64,000 bases of DNA from Longimicrobiales bacterium (lineage in GTDB: Bacteria; Gemmatimonadota; Gemmatimonadetes; Longimicrobiales; RSA9). The stretch covers positions 2,352 to 66,351 of the forward strand of contig DASUSS010000077.1 of assembly GCA_036374995.1 (NCBI GenBank), in the 5' to 3' direction. The position numbers and the translations under genes were made by a program. A model generated the notes under the pieces. It was not told where the DNA came from. It worked only from the letters and a program-made list of their open reading frames with translations, and searched no databases. Below are positions 1 through 8,681 of this stretch, one piece after another; positions within the stretch are counted from its first letter, which is position 1, and every line of letters starts with the position of its first letter.

Positions 1-67
1 TCGCGATTTCTTCTCCGCGGCGGGCATGACGGCGTCCTCCTCGCTCTTCTTCCGGACCGCGCTGCGC

Positions 68-676
68 TCAGCCACCGTACCTCCTCGCGATCGCGATGCC
101 GAACCCGACTTCCAGCAGACCGAACCCGGCCGCCAGCCACCAGTCACCCCACGACCCCGGCGTGAACAGCGCGGCCGCGCCGAGCACCATGAAACAGAGT
201 CCCATGACCGGAACGATGCGCACGGAGAACGTGCCCGCCGTGGCCACCGCGGTTCCGTAGAGGAGCAGCCACGTGCCCGGAATCCGGTCGACGGCGCCTG
301 CCGAATACAGCGCGAGCGTGAGCGCGGCCCCCGCCGCGATCGGCGGCAGAAAGCTCAGCGCGAACTTGCGTCCCGGGCCGGCCAGCAGCGGCATCGCCGC
401 CCGGCGCGCCTTGCGCGCCATCGTGACCGCCGCGACTCCGATCGCCACCGCCGCCGCCCCGATCCATACGGCCAGCCAACGCTCCGCGTCGGGCTGCGCT
501 GCCGCGAGCGGCGCCGCTGCCAGCGCGATCACGCCCATCCCGACGCCGCCCCACCCGGGCACGGCCGTGAACGCGCCCGCCCGCTCCATCGTCTGCCGGA
601 TGTAGCGCAGGTCGCTGATCGCGCGATGGTGCAGCGCGATCGGTTCGTCGGGCGGGGGTACCGGTTCGGGTCTCAT
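68..676 (-). CDS. hypothetical integral membrane protein (several predicted TM helices)
   Basis: ORF track 68..793. Repeated hydrophobic helices (GVGMGVIALAAAPLAA, WLAVWIGAAAVAIGVAAV, LSFLPPIAAGAALTLALY, VMGLCFMVLGAAALF, WWLAAGFGLLEVGFGIAI). Start moved to the internal ATG at 676 (MRPEPV...) because a start at 793 would overlap the aroF leader and promoter. No family recognised. Confidence 0.55.
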   Translation of the reverse strand: MRPEPVPPPDEPIALHHRAISDLRYIRQTMERAGAFTAVPGWGGVGMGVIALAAAPLAAAQPDAERWLAVWIGAAAVAIGVAAVTMARKARRAAMPLLAGPGRKFALSFLPPIAAGAALTLALYSAGAVDRIPGTWLLLYGTAVATAGTFSVRIVPVMGLCFMVLGAAALFTPGSWGDWWLAAGFGLLEVGFGIAIARRYGG

Positions 677-756
677 GCCGGCCTGAGTATGGGGCTCGGT
701 CCAGGTTCTGTCAAGTACTTTATGATGCAAAGGATGTGCCTCGCGGGCCGCCGCCG

Positions 757-785
757 TTGACAGCGGGCGGGGAGGTACGTACCGT
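757..785 (+). promoter_or_regulatory. candidate sigma70-type promoter: TTGACA (757-762), 17-bp spacer, TACCGT (780-785)
   Basis: Perfect -35 hexamer, 17-bp spacer, -10 with T-A-n-n-n-T. The predicted TSS falls at or near the ATG at 792, so the leader ORF may be leaderless. The same architecture recurs upstream of several operons in this window. Confidence 0.4.
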
Positions 786-791
786 AGGCTC

Positions 792-875
792 ATGATACGC
801 CAGCGCCTGACCGCCGCCAGCTATTATTACGCGACCCGTGACACGGGCCGTGGGCGGCGGCGTCTGCGCGAATAG
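792..875 (+). CDS. candidate attenuator leader peptide, 27 aa, MIRQRLTAASYYYATRDTGRGRRRLRE (three consecutive Tyr codons)
   Basis: Read by hand: ATG 792, TAT TAT TAC at 822-830, TAG 873-875. Lies between the candidate promoter and an intrinsic terminator, immediately upstream of the aromatic/tyrosine biosynthesis operon. Confidence 0.55.
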   Translation: MIRQRLTAASYYYATRDTGRGRRRLRE

Positions 876-902
876 CGCAACCAGGCACCGGCAGCGCACG
901 AG

Positions 903-936
903 CGGCCCGTGGATCACCACGGGCCGTTTCTGTTTT
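903..936 (+). terminator. intrinsic terminator (attenuator) upstream of aroF
   Basis: 10-bp perfect GC-rich stem CGGCCCGTGG (903-912) / CCACGGGCCG (917-926), 4-nt loop ATCA, then TTTCTGTTTT (927-936). Located 33 nt before the aroF ATG. Confidence 0.7.
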
Positions 937-969
937 GTGCGCCCTGGATGGTAGCAAGGGAGGGACGTC

Positions 970-2022
970 ATGATCATCGTCACGAAGCCGGGCGTCACGG
1001 ACGCGGAGCTGGACCACATCCGGGAGCGTGTGGAGATGCAGGGGATGCGGACGCATGTCTCGCGGGGGGAGCAGCGGACGATCATCGGCTGCATCGGGGA
1101 CGAGACGGCACTGGGCGAGGTGGCGCTGCTGAGCCTGCCGGGGGTGGAGTCGGTGACGCCGATCCTGAAGCCGTACAAGCTGGCGGCGCGGGAGTTCACG
1201 GGCGGACCGAGCACGGTTCGGGTCGGCGATGCGGCGGGCACGGTGATCGGGGGCCGCGAGCTCGCGATCATCGCGGGCCCGTGCTCGGTGGAGCCGGGCG
1301 TGATGCTGCGCGAGACGGCGCACGCGGTGCGCGCGGCGGGGGCGGGGATGCTGCGGGGCGGTGCGTTCAAGCCTCGGACCTCGCCGTACGCGTTCCAGGG
1401 ACTGGGCGAGACGGCGCTGCGGATGCTGGTGGAGATCCGGGCGGAGACGGGTCTTCCGGTAGTGACGGAGGTGATGGACACGCGGCAGGTGGAGCTCGTC
1501 GCGGCGCATGCGGACGTGCTCCAGATCGGTGCGCGGAACATGCAGAACTACGCGCTGCTGTCGGAGGTGGGGAGGGTACAGCGGCCGGTGCTGCTGAAGC
1601 GCGGCATGTCGGCGACGCTGCAGGAGCTGCTGATGGCAGCGGAGTACATCATGGCGCAGGGCAATCGCGACGTGATCCTGTGCGAGCGGGGCATCCGCAC
1701 GTTTGAGACGGCGACGCGGAACACGTTCGATGCGGCGGCGGTTCCGGTGTTGAAGCGGGAGACGCACCTGCCGGTGATCGTGGATCCGAGTCATGCGGCG
1801 GGTCGGGCGGATCTGGTCGCGCCTCTGGCGTTCGCGGCGATTGCGGCGGGTGCGGACGGACTGATCGTGGAGGTGCATCCATCTCCGGAGCAGGCGCTCT
1901 CGGATGGGGATCAGTCGCTGTCGCTTGAGTCGTTCGCGGCGCTGATGGAGCGGTTGAGCGCCTTCGCGCAGGCCGCGGGGCGGGAGCTGGCAGCGCCCCG
2001 TTCGCGGGAGGCGGCCGCGTGA
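970..2022 (+). CDS. aroF: 3-deoxy-7-phosphoheptulonate (DAHP) synthase, type I-beta with N-terminal ferredoxin-like/ACT-like regulatory domain
   Basis: 350 aa. N-terminal [22 protein letters not shown]... regulatory domain followed by a KDO8PS/DAHPS I-beta core ([26 protein letters not shown]). RBS GGGAGGG at 958-964. Confidence 0.93.
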   Translation: MIIVTKPGVTDAELDHIRERVEMQGMRTHVSRGEQRTIIGCIGDETALGEVALLSLPGVESVTPILKPYKLAAREFTGGPSTVRVGDAAGTVIGGRELAIIAGPCSVEPGVMLRETAHAVRAAGAGMLRGGAFKPRTSPYAFQGLGETALRMLVEIRAETGLPVVTEVMDTRQVELVAAHADVLQIGARNMQNYALLSEVGRVQRPVLLKRGMSATLQELLMAAEYIMAQGNRDVILCERGIRTFETATRNTFDAAAVPVLKRETHLPVIVDPSHAAGRADLVAPLAFAAIAAGADGLIVEVHPSPEQALSDGDQSLSLESFAALMERLSAFAQAAGRELAAPRSREAAA

Positions 2023-2315
2023 TGGAGCGCGACACGGCGGAGGCCTCGGAGCTGGGCCGTCTGCGCGGGGGGATCGAGCGCATCGATCGCGAGCTGATCC
2101 GGCTGATGGCGGAGCGGGTCGAGCTGGCGCGGCGGACGGGCGAGGTGAAGCGGGCGCTGGGGCTTCCCACGCTGGACCCCGGGCGTGAAGCGGAGGTCGT
2201 GCGCCGGGCGGGAGCACTGGCGCGTGAGGCCGGGCTCGGCGATGACGAGGTGCGGGCGATCTTCTGGCACCTGATCGGCCTGTCGCGCCGCGCGCAGTCC
2301 GGCGGGGCATCGTGA
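2022..2315 (+). CDS. chorismate mutase (AroQ class)
   Basis: About 97 aa helical protein, LRGGIERIDRELIRLMAERVELARRTGEVKR... typical AroQ. ATGA overlap with the aroF stop; the GTG at 2019 is an alternative start. Confidence 0.85.
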   Translation: MERDTAEASELGRLRGGIERIDRELIRLMAERVELARRTGEVKRALGLPTLDPGREAEVVRRAGALAREAGLGDDEVRAIFWHLIGLSRRAQSGGAS

Positions 2316-3199
2316 TGGAGCCGCAGTCCATGGCGATCATCGGCCTGGGCCTGATCGGCGGGTCTCTGGCCCGCGACGGCGCCGCGCTCGGGATGCGTGT
2401 CGCGGCCTACGATGCCGACGCCACGGCGTTGCATGCGGCGCTCGAGGAGGGCGTGATCGCGACCGCGCTGGACCCTTCGCTCGAGGGCGTCGAGGAAGTC
2501 GACGTGGTGGTCCTCGCGCTTCCGGTCACGGCAACCATCAAGGCGCTGCGGGCGGCGTCGGGGCGCCTGCGCCTGGCGCGGTGCATCACGGACGTTTGCA
2601 GCACGAAGCGCACGATCGTCGAGGCCGCACGCCATCTCGGGCTGGCGAGCCGGTTCATCGGGGGCCACCCACTCGCCGGGGGTCACCGCGCCGGGTGGGG
2701 TGCATCGCGCGCGGGCCTGTTCCACGGGGCCCGGGTCTACCTCTGTCCCGCAGACGATGACGCGGTCGCCGTGGCGGAACCTGTGGAACGGCTGTGGCGG
2801 GCGGTAGGCGGCGTGACGGAGATGATGAGCGCGAGCGAGCACGACCGCCTGCTGGCTTCGACGAGTCACCTGCCGCAGGTGGTCTCGACGGCGCTCGCGC
2901 GAGCGATCCTCGCCTCCGGCGTTTCTCTCGACCGGCTGGGCCCCGGCGGCCGCGACATGACGCGTCTCGCGCACAGCGCGGCCGCGATCTGGGCGCCGAT
3001 CGCGCTCCACAACGCGGATTTCCTCGGCGGTGCACTCGCCCTGATGGAGTCGGAGCTCGCACAGCTCCGCCACGCACTCTCGAACGCCGATGCCGATGCG
3101 GTTCGCCAGTTCTTCCAGCCGGGGCTTCAGTCGGTCGGTACCGAGGGCGGGGCGCCGCGAACGGCGGCGGCACGGCGAGGAACTCGCCGCGGAGCGTGA
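2315..3199 (+). CDS. tyrA: prephenate dehydrogenase
   Basis: N-terminal Rossmann motif IIGLGLIGGS and a conserved GGHPLAG segment. Translationally coupled to the chorismate mutase gene (TGATG overlap). Confidence 0.88.
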   Translation: MEPQSMAIIGLGLIGGSLARDGAALGMRVAAYDADATALHAALEEGVIATALDPSLEGVEEVDVVVLALPVTATIKALRAASGRLRLARCITDVCSTKRTIVEAARHLGLASRFIGGHPLAGGHRAGWGASRAGLFHGARVYLCPADDDAVAVAEPVERLWRAVGGVTEMMSASEHDRLLASTSHLPQVVSTALARAILASGVSLDRLGPGGRDMTRLAHSAAAIWAPIALHNADFLGGALALMESELAQLRHALSNADADAVRQFFQPGLQSVGTEGGAPRTAAARRGTRRGA

Positions 3200-3203
3200 C
3201 GGT

Positions 3204-3240
3204 GGGCGGGATCCCGCAGTTGCCACTTCCCGCCCTTTCC
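3204..3240 (+). terminator. possible terminator hairpin after tyrA
   Basis: GGGCGGGA (3204-3211) pairs with TCCCGCCC (3228-3235), followed by TTTCC. The loop is long (16 nt) and the T-tract short. Confidence 0.3.
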
Positions 3241-3357
3241 GCCATCTTCACTGGAGCAACGGCTTTCCCCGCCGGGGGCGTTTCCACCGGCACTCCCTCC
3301 GTTGTGCCGCACCGCCGCGCGGAATGCAGCGGTGCCTCGTCTTCCGCCATCGATCTC

Positions 3358-4371
3358 ATGCGAAGGCTTCGCCCATTACCGCTGCTGGTAACCGCGTGCC
3401 TCCTGGCGCCGCCCGCCGTATCCGCGCAGGAGCAGCCGGTCGACCGTCGGTCCCGCCAGCAGATTGCGGACTCGGCCGAGGTCGCGGCGCTCTCGCGCAA
3501 GCTCGTGAAGGGCCTGCGCACGGACAGCGCGCGCGCCGCGGCGATCTACGAATGGGTCGCTCGCAACGTGCGCTACGACGCGCAGTCCTTCTTCCGCGGG
3601 GGAGACGGCTACGAGAAGGCGGAGGAAGTGTATCGGCATCGCATGGCTCTGTGCGGCGGCTACGTCGCACTGTACGAGCGGATCGCGCGCGAGGCGGGCA
3701 TGCGTGCGGTCCCGATCACCGGGTATGCGAAGGGCGTGGACTACCGGTTCGGCCGCTCGACGAGGAAGCCGAACCACGCCTGGCTCGCCATGAGCATCGG
3801 GGGCGAGTGGCGGCTCATCGATCCGACGTGGGGCGCCGGCGTGATCAACGGCCGCGCGTTCGAGCCGAGCTTCAGCTGGGACTACTTCCTGGTCTCGCCC
3901 GAGGAGCTTATCCTCTCGCACTACCCCGAGGACGCCGCGTGGCAGCTGCTCGACCGGCCCCTGGCGCGACGGGATTTCGAGCGGATGCAGCTCGTCCCGC
4001 GCACGCTGCTGCGCGTCGGCTTCGAGCCGGAGGTGATCCGCGCGACCGCGCTGACTCCGGGCGTGAGGGATTTTCCGGCCGTGGGCGCGGCCGGCAGCGG
4101 TGTCCGGGTGTTGCACGCACCTGTCGCGGGGACGCTGCCCGCCTCCACGCCCGTGACGATCGACGTGGTCTGGCCGGGCGCTGCCGAAGTGGTTCTCGTG
4201 AGCAATGGCGTCTGGACGAAGCTGAATCGCGTTGGCGACCGTTTCCGTGGCGCGGGCGTTGCAGCCGGGACCTCGGTGTACGTCGTCGGACGAACCGCCG
4301 GCGCCTCGCAGCCGTACCAGACGCTGCTGCACTACCGCGTGGCGGGCGGCGGGCGGGCCTCGTCGAAGTAG
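3358..4371 (+). CDS. secreted transglutaminase-like (Cys-His-Asp) domain protein
   Basis: Signal peptide MRRLRPLPLLVTACLLAPPAVSAQ. Core ALCGGYVALYERIAREAG...NHAWLAMSIGGEWRLIDPTWG matches the transglutaminase-like cysteine protease fold. Start chosen at the in-frame ATG at 3358 rather than the track start at 2794, which overlaps tyrA. Confidence 0.8.
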   Translation: MRRLRPLPLLVTACLLAPPAVSAQEQPVDRRSRQQIADSAEVAALSRKLVKGLRTDSARAAAIYEWVARNVRYDAQSFFRGGDGYEKAEEVYRHRMALCGGYVALYERIAREAGMRAVPITGYAKGVDYRFGRSTRKPNHAWLAMSIGGEWRLIDPTWGAGVINGRAFEPSFSWDYFLVSPEELILSHYPEDAAWQLLDRPLARRDFERMQLVPRTLLRVGFEPEVIRATALTPGVRDFPAVGAAGSGVRVLHAPVAGTLPASTPVTIDVVWPGAAEVVLVSNGVWTKLNRVGDRFRGAGVAAGTSVYVVGRTAGASQPYQTLLHYRVAGGGRASSK

Positions 4372-4453
4372 CCCGGACGCCTGTCGCGTTCGCGCGCGGC
4401 CGCACGTTCAACAGGTTGGTGGCGCTGCCCGGCGCCGGAGATCCCCGGAGATC

Positions 4454-5032
4454 ATGCACGCATACGTCCGCACCCCGTTTCTCGTTCTGGCTCTTGCGAC
4501 CGCGGCGTGCGACCGCGTGCCGGGTGATCCGCTCGACACCGCGGAGGCCGCCGTCCTGCTCGAGCGCATGCGCCTCGCGGCGGCGGGCGATGCGCCGCTG
4601 CCGGGGCTCGGCGAGCTGGCCGACCTCACTGCCGGCCGGGTCGCCGCCGAGCACCACGAGCTCGTCACTGCCTATCGTACGCTGCGCTCCGCCGCCGACG
4701 CGGCCCTGCTCACGGGCGACCCGGAGCGGGCGCAGGACGCCGTCACCGCCGCACGCGATGCGCAGCTGCGCGTCGTGCTCGCCGGTCTCGGGTCGCCTGG
4801 TGTCGCCGAACTGATTGCGCAGGCACAGCACCGTGTGCGTCAGCTGGAGCCTCGGCTCCACGATGGGTTCGACCACGTCGCACGGCTCGGGCAGATGAAT
4901 GCCTCGGCCGACGACATGCTCAAGCGCGCCCGCGCACGGTTACTTCAGGGCGATGACGTCGGCGCCCTCGACCTCTCGGCGCACGCCATCGATCTGCTCA
5001 ACGCAGTGGACGCGGCTCTCGACGAACAGTAG
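4454..5032 (+). CDS. hypothetical helical lipoprotein
   Basis: MHAYVRTPFLVLALATAAC lipobox-like signal. The rest is Ala/Leu-rich and helical. No family recognised. Start at the in-frame ATG at 4454. Confidence 0.6.
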   Translation: MHAYVRTPFLVLALATAACDRVPGDPLDTAEAAVLLERMRLAAAGDAPLPGLGELADLTAGRVAAEHHELVTAYRTLRSAADAALLTGDPERAQDAVTAARDAQLRVVLAGLGSPGVAELIAQAQHRVRQLEPRLHDGFDHVARLGQMNASADDMLKRARARLLQGDDVGALDLSAHAIDLLNAVDAALDEQ

Positions 5033-5705
5033 ACAGCGTATCAGGCGGCAGGGTGCGTGTGGTGTCGGGCCGCGCGGGCCGCGGCTGTGGCGGGCGGGCG
5101 GGCGTCGTCTGCGGCAGCCGTTCGGTCGACTGCCCGAGCTGCTGGGCCAGCAGCTGGCGCGCGCGCGTCAGGTGGGCGTCGGCCATCGCGCGGATGTCGG
5201 TCAGCAGCGTGCGGATATCCGGAGTCGCCGCACCGGGGATGAGCTGCTGGTCCAACCGGTCGAGAAGCAGCCGGTGCGACTCGACCTCTGCCCGGACGAA
5301 CGGCAGCTCGAAATCCGGTCCCGCCAGGTTCTCCAGTCCGGAGTGCGCCATCCGTACCGTGTTCTCCAGCTCCTGCGCATCGGCGCCGGGTGTGAGTGTT
5401 GCGCCGCGCAGCCGCGCAACGGAATCGAGCGTGCCGATGAGCGCGCGGTGATCGGCGGCGACGGTCTGCGCATACTGGCGCATGGTCGTACCTGCCGCAC
5501 GCTGCGCGGCTAGCTGAGCGAACTCCACTTCCGCCATGCTCACCGCGCGGACCTGTGAGAGCAGCGCAGCCGTCGCCGCCGCATCTTCCACCGCGACGGA
5601 ATCGGCAGCGGCCTCCCTCGCGATGTCCTCGCCACCCCCGCACGCCGCGGCGAGTAACACCGTCAGCAGCAGCCCACGCTTCTCGCGCATCGATTCGCTC
5701 CTCAT
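4998..5705 (-). CDS. DUF4142-like lipoprotein
   Basis: MRSESMREKRGLLLTVLLAAACGG lipobox. Body (MAEVEFAQLAAQRAAGTTMRQYAQTVAADHRALIGTL..., second repeat ELPFVRAEVESHRLLLDRL) resembles the two-repeat DUF4142 family. Alternative start at 5690. Confidence 0.7.
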   Translation of the reverse strand: MRSESMREKRGLLLTVLLAAACGGGEDIAREAAADSVAVEDAAATAALLSQVRAVSMAEVEFAQLAAQRAAGTTMRQYAQTVAADHRALIGTLDSVARLRGATLTPGADAQELENTVRMAHSGLENLAGPDFELPFVRAEVESHRLLLDRLDQQLIPGAATPDIRTLLTDIRAMADAHLTRARQLLAQQLGQSTERLPQTTPARPPQPRPARPDTTRTLPPDTLSTVRREPRPLR

Positions 5706-5786
5706 AGTTTGTCGTCCTTCGGCACCGTACGTCGGCCGGGGTCGGACGGCAAGCTGCGCGCCCGCGGAAAGCGCGCGACGGGCGGC

Positions 5787-5815
5787 TTGCCTCGCCTCTG
5801 ACCCCGCGCTATACT
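5787..5815 (+). promoter_or_regulatory. candidate promoter: TTGCCT, 17-bp spacer, TATACT
   Basis: -35 at 5787-5792 and a near-consensus -10 TATACT at 5810-5815 with a 17-bp spacer, 136 nt upstream of gltA. Confidence 0.45.
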
Positions 5816-5950
5816 CGCCCCGCTGGTCGCTGTACCGCCCGCATCCGTGAGGGGCTGGCGTCCTCACCGTAATCGGCAGAGGGGCGGCCCCTTTTTGCAT
5901 GGCTGTCGTCTTGCATCGCACCCCGGCTGCACGAGCGAGATCATCACGGA

Positions 5951-7090
5951 ATGTCGACGAGCAACAAGGGTCTGGAAGGCGTCGTCATTGGTCAGACGGC
6001 GATCAGCCGTGTCGATGGTGAAGCCGGACGCCTGATCTACGGCGGGTACCCGATCGAGGAGCTCGCGGAGCACTCGACGTTCGAGCAGGTGTGTCATCTC
6101 CTCTGGTACGGCGACCTGCCGGATCCGAAGCAGCTGGAGGCGCTGCGCACGCGGCTGTCGGCGGCGCTGGCCGTCGACGGACGCGTGCTGGATGTGGTTC
6201 GCAGCGTGGCCGCCGGCAGCCATCCCATGGCGACGCTGCGCACCGCCGTCTCGGCACTGTCCGCGACGGATCCGGATGCGGAGGACATGTCGGCGGACGC
6301 GAACGATCGGAAAGCCGTCCGTCTGACCGCGCAGACGATCACGCTCACAGCGGCGATCGAGCGCGTGCGCAGCGGCCGCGAGCCGGTTCCACCCCGCCCC
6401 GATCTGTCTCTCGCGGCGAACCTGCTCCACATGATGAAGGGCGAGCCATCCGACGACCTGGCCGAGCGGATCATCGATGCCGCGCTCATCCTGCATGCGG
6501 AGCACGGGATGAACGCATCGACGTTCTCGGCGCGGGTCACGGCCAGCACGCTCGCAGACATGCACTCGGCCGTGACGGCCGCGATCGGTACGCTCAAGGG
6601 ACCGCTCCACGGCGGCGCGAACGAGCAGGTGATGCGGATGCTGCTGCGCATCGACCGGCCGGAGAATGCGGCGCAGTGGGTTCGTGATGCGCTCGGCCGC
6701 GGCGAGAGGATCATGGGCTTCGGCCATCGAGTGTATCGTACGCTCGATCCGCGGGCACCGATCCTGAAACGGCTGGCCGAGCAGCTGCTCGGCCAGGGTG
6801 GCGACACGCGCTGGCTCGAGATCTCCGAGATCATCCAGGACGTGATGCGCGAGGAGATGGACCGGAAGGGCAGGAAGGTCTATCCGAATGTCGACTTCTT
6901 CAGTGCGTCGGTCTACTACACGCTCGGCATCCCGCTGGACCTGTTCACGAACCTGTTCGCATGCGCACGCATGGCCGGCTGGACCGCGCATGTGAAGGAG
7001 CAGCTGACGGACAACCGCCTGATCCGGCCGAAGGCCGAGTATGTCGGCCCGCAGGACCGCTCGATCCCGGCCGCCGTCCAGCGCGGCTGA
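5951..7090 (+). CDS. gltA: citrate synthase (about 380-aa type)
   Basis: 379 aa. GLEGVVIGQTAIS, HAEHGMNAST, GFGHRVY, and catalytic His/Asp context typical of citrate/2-methylcitrate synthases. Confidence 0.92.
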   Translation: MSTSNKGLEGVVIGQTAISRVDGEAGRLIYGGYPIEELAEHSTFEQVCHLLWYGDLPDPKQLEALRTRLSAALAVDGRVLDVVRSVAAGSHPMATLRTAVSALSATDPDAEDMSADANDRKAVRLTAQTITLTAAIERVRSGREPVPPRPDLSLAANLLHMMKGEPSDDLAERIIDAALILHAEHGMNASTFSARVTASTLADMHSAVTAAIGTLKGPLHGGANEQVMRMLLRIDRPENAAQWVRDALGRGERIMGFGHRVYRTLDPRAPILKRLAEQLLGQGGDTRWLEISEIIQDVMREEMDRKGRKVYPNVDFFSASVYYTLGIPLDLFTNLFACARMAGWTAHVKEQLTDNRLIRPKAEYVGPQDRSIPAAVQRG

Positions 7091-7148
7091 GAGAACACGC
7101 GCGGAGCGATCGCGACCACGCACGCAACCTGTAGCGCGAGCGAGCATC

Positions 7149-8681
7149 ATGGCAGAGCCCACCGTCCGAACCACCCGTGTTGCCGCCGAGGAGCTGGACA
7201 CACAGCTGCTCGTGCTCCACGTCTTCGAGAGAGATCGCAGCGCCGTCGGCTTCGTCGCGAAGGTCGACCGCCTGTACGGCGGCGCGATCAGCAGGATTCT
7301 CGAGAGCGGCGACTTCAGCGGGCGGAAGAACGACACGCTCGTCATCTATCCACCGGATGCGGCCTGCCGCATCCGGCGCGTGCTGCTGGTGGGCGTCGGC
7401 AAGCGCGAGGATCACACCGTGGAGCTCCTGCGCCGGGCGGTGGGCAGTGCGGTCCGCGTGGCGGAGAAGATGGGGATTCGCGAGCTCAGCGTCTCCGTCG
7501 GCCACGTGCATCACCTGAGTGAGCACATGGGCGACTACTATGCCGGCCTCGCCGCGGTCGAGGCGGCCATCCTGGCGTCGTGGGACTATCGCGAGCTCAA
7601 GACGCAGAGCGAGGAGAGCGCACCACGGGCCGCGCTCGAGTCCGTGACGATCCTCGCGCACGACGAGCAGGAGCGTGACGAGCTGGAGCGTGCCGTCAGG
7701 CACGGCGCGGTCACGGCACACGCCGCGAACATTGCGCGCGACCTGCAGCAGCGGCCGGGCAACGTGGCAACGCCGACGTTCGTCGCGGAGCGCGCGAAGC
7801 AGATCGCCGACCGGCTCGGCCTGAAGATCACCGTGCTGGACCGGGGCCAGATCCGGAAGGAAGGCATGCACGCGCTGCTGGCAGTGGCGCAGGGCACGCA
7901 GGAGGAGCCGCGCTTCGTGGCGCTCGAGTACCGCGGCGGCGCGAAGGACGCCCGGCCGCTCGTTCTCGTCGGCAAGGGTGTGACGTTCGATTCGGGCGGG
8001 ATCTCCATCAAGCCGGCGGAGCGGATGGAGGAGATGAAGTATGACATGTCGGGCGCGGCCGCGGTGATCGGTGCGATGCACGCGATCGCCGAGCTCGAGC
8101 TGAAGGTCAATGTCGTCGCACTGGCACCGCTCACGGAGAACCTGCCGTCCGGTACCGCACTCAAGCCCGGTGACGTGATCCGCTCGCACCTGGGCAAGAC
8201 GATCGAGATCGTCAACACGGATGCCGAGGGGCGGCTGATCCTGGCGGATGCGCTCTCGTTCGCGCGACGCTACGAGCCGGCGGCGATCGTGAACTGCGCG
8301 ACGCTGACGGGCGCGTGCGTCATCGCGCTCGGGAATCACGCGATCGGCCTGATGGGGAACAACGGCCCGCTCATCGACGAAGTGCGTGCGGCGGGTCAGC
8401 GGACCGGCGAGCGCTGCTGGCCGCTGCCGCTCTGGGACGAGTATCGGGAGCAGATCGACAGCACGATCGCCGACATCAAGAACTCCGGCGGCCGTGCGGC
8501 CGGGTCGATCACGGCCGGCTGGTTCCTCAAGGAATTCGTCGGCGACGACATCCCGTGGGCACATCTCGACATCGCGGGCACGGCGTATCGCGATGAGGCC
8601 GCCCCGTATCTGCGCAAGGGCGCCGCCGGAGTGCCGACGCGACTGCTCATCGACTGGGTGCGCGCGCGCGCCGGCGCATGA
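7149..8681 (+). CDS. pepA: leucyl aminopeptidase (M17)
   Basis: VGKGVTFDSGGISIKP, NTDAEGRLILADAL, AHLDIAGTA motifs. Start at the in-frame ATG at 7149 (MAEPTV...). Confidence 0.92.
   Translation: MAEPTVRTTRVAAEELDTQLLVLHVFERDRSAVGFVAKVDRLYGGAISRILESGDFSGRKNDTLVIYPPDAACRIRRVLLVGVGKREDHTVELLRRAVGSAVRVAEKMGIRELSVSVGHVHHLSEHMGDYYAGLAAVEAAILASWDYRELKTQSEESAPRAALESVTILAHDEQERDELERAVRHGAVTAHAANIARDLQQRPGNVATPTFVAERAKQIADRLGLKITVLDRGQIRKEGMHALLAVAQGTQEEPRFVALEYRGGAKDARPLVLVGKGVTFDSGGISIKPAERMEEMKYDMSGAAAVIGAMHAIAELELKVNVVALAPLTENLPSGTALKPGDVIRSHLGKTIEIVNTDAEGRLILADALSFARRYEPAAIVNCATLTGACVIALGNHAIGLMGNNGPLIDEVRAAGQRTGERCWPLPLWDEYREQIDSTIADIKNSGGRAAGSITAGWFLKEFVGDDIPWAHLDIAGTAYRDEAAPYLRKGAAGVPTRLLIDWVRARAGA

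Noticed and set aside
1-27. A minus-strand ATG at 27 (MPAAEKKSR...) that could be the start of a gene running off the left edge of the window.
   Set aside because: Only 9 codons are visible, which is too little to support a call.
790-2340. Very long ORFs on alternative frames and strands throughout the window. Examples: 790..2340 (-), 1649..3226 (-), 15681..17870 (-), 19432..22035 (-), 30728..32725 (-), 38301..40223 (-), 44435..46030 (-), 52344..54128 (-), 56279..57958 (-), 57645..58946 (-).
   Set aside because: Their translations are dominated by Arg, Ala, Pro and Gly with no recognisable motifs. Each one overlaps a gene with clear conserved-family signatures on another frame. Long stop-free off-frames are expected in very GC-rich DNA.
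2794-3357. N-terminal extensions implied by the ORF-track starts. Examples: 2794 for the transglutaminase-like gene, 7041 for pepA, 14330 for dnaB, 19066 for aroE, 27402 for E1-beta, 38370 for sdhC, 40790 for sdhB, and 43048/43272/44267 for nuoB/C/D.
   Set aside because: The upstream portions overlap the preceding conserved gene and translate to Arg/Pro-rich junk. Internal starts coincide with the conserved N-termini, with RBS-like sequences, or with ATGA/GTGA coupling to the upstream stop codon.
5821-5897. The roughly 75-nt promoter-to-T-tract segment upstream of gltA as a tRNA gene.
   Set aside because: There is no GTTCRANNC T-loop, no acceptor-stem complementarity between the ends, and no plausible anticodon arm. 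It is kept only as a candidate leader or short RNA.
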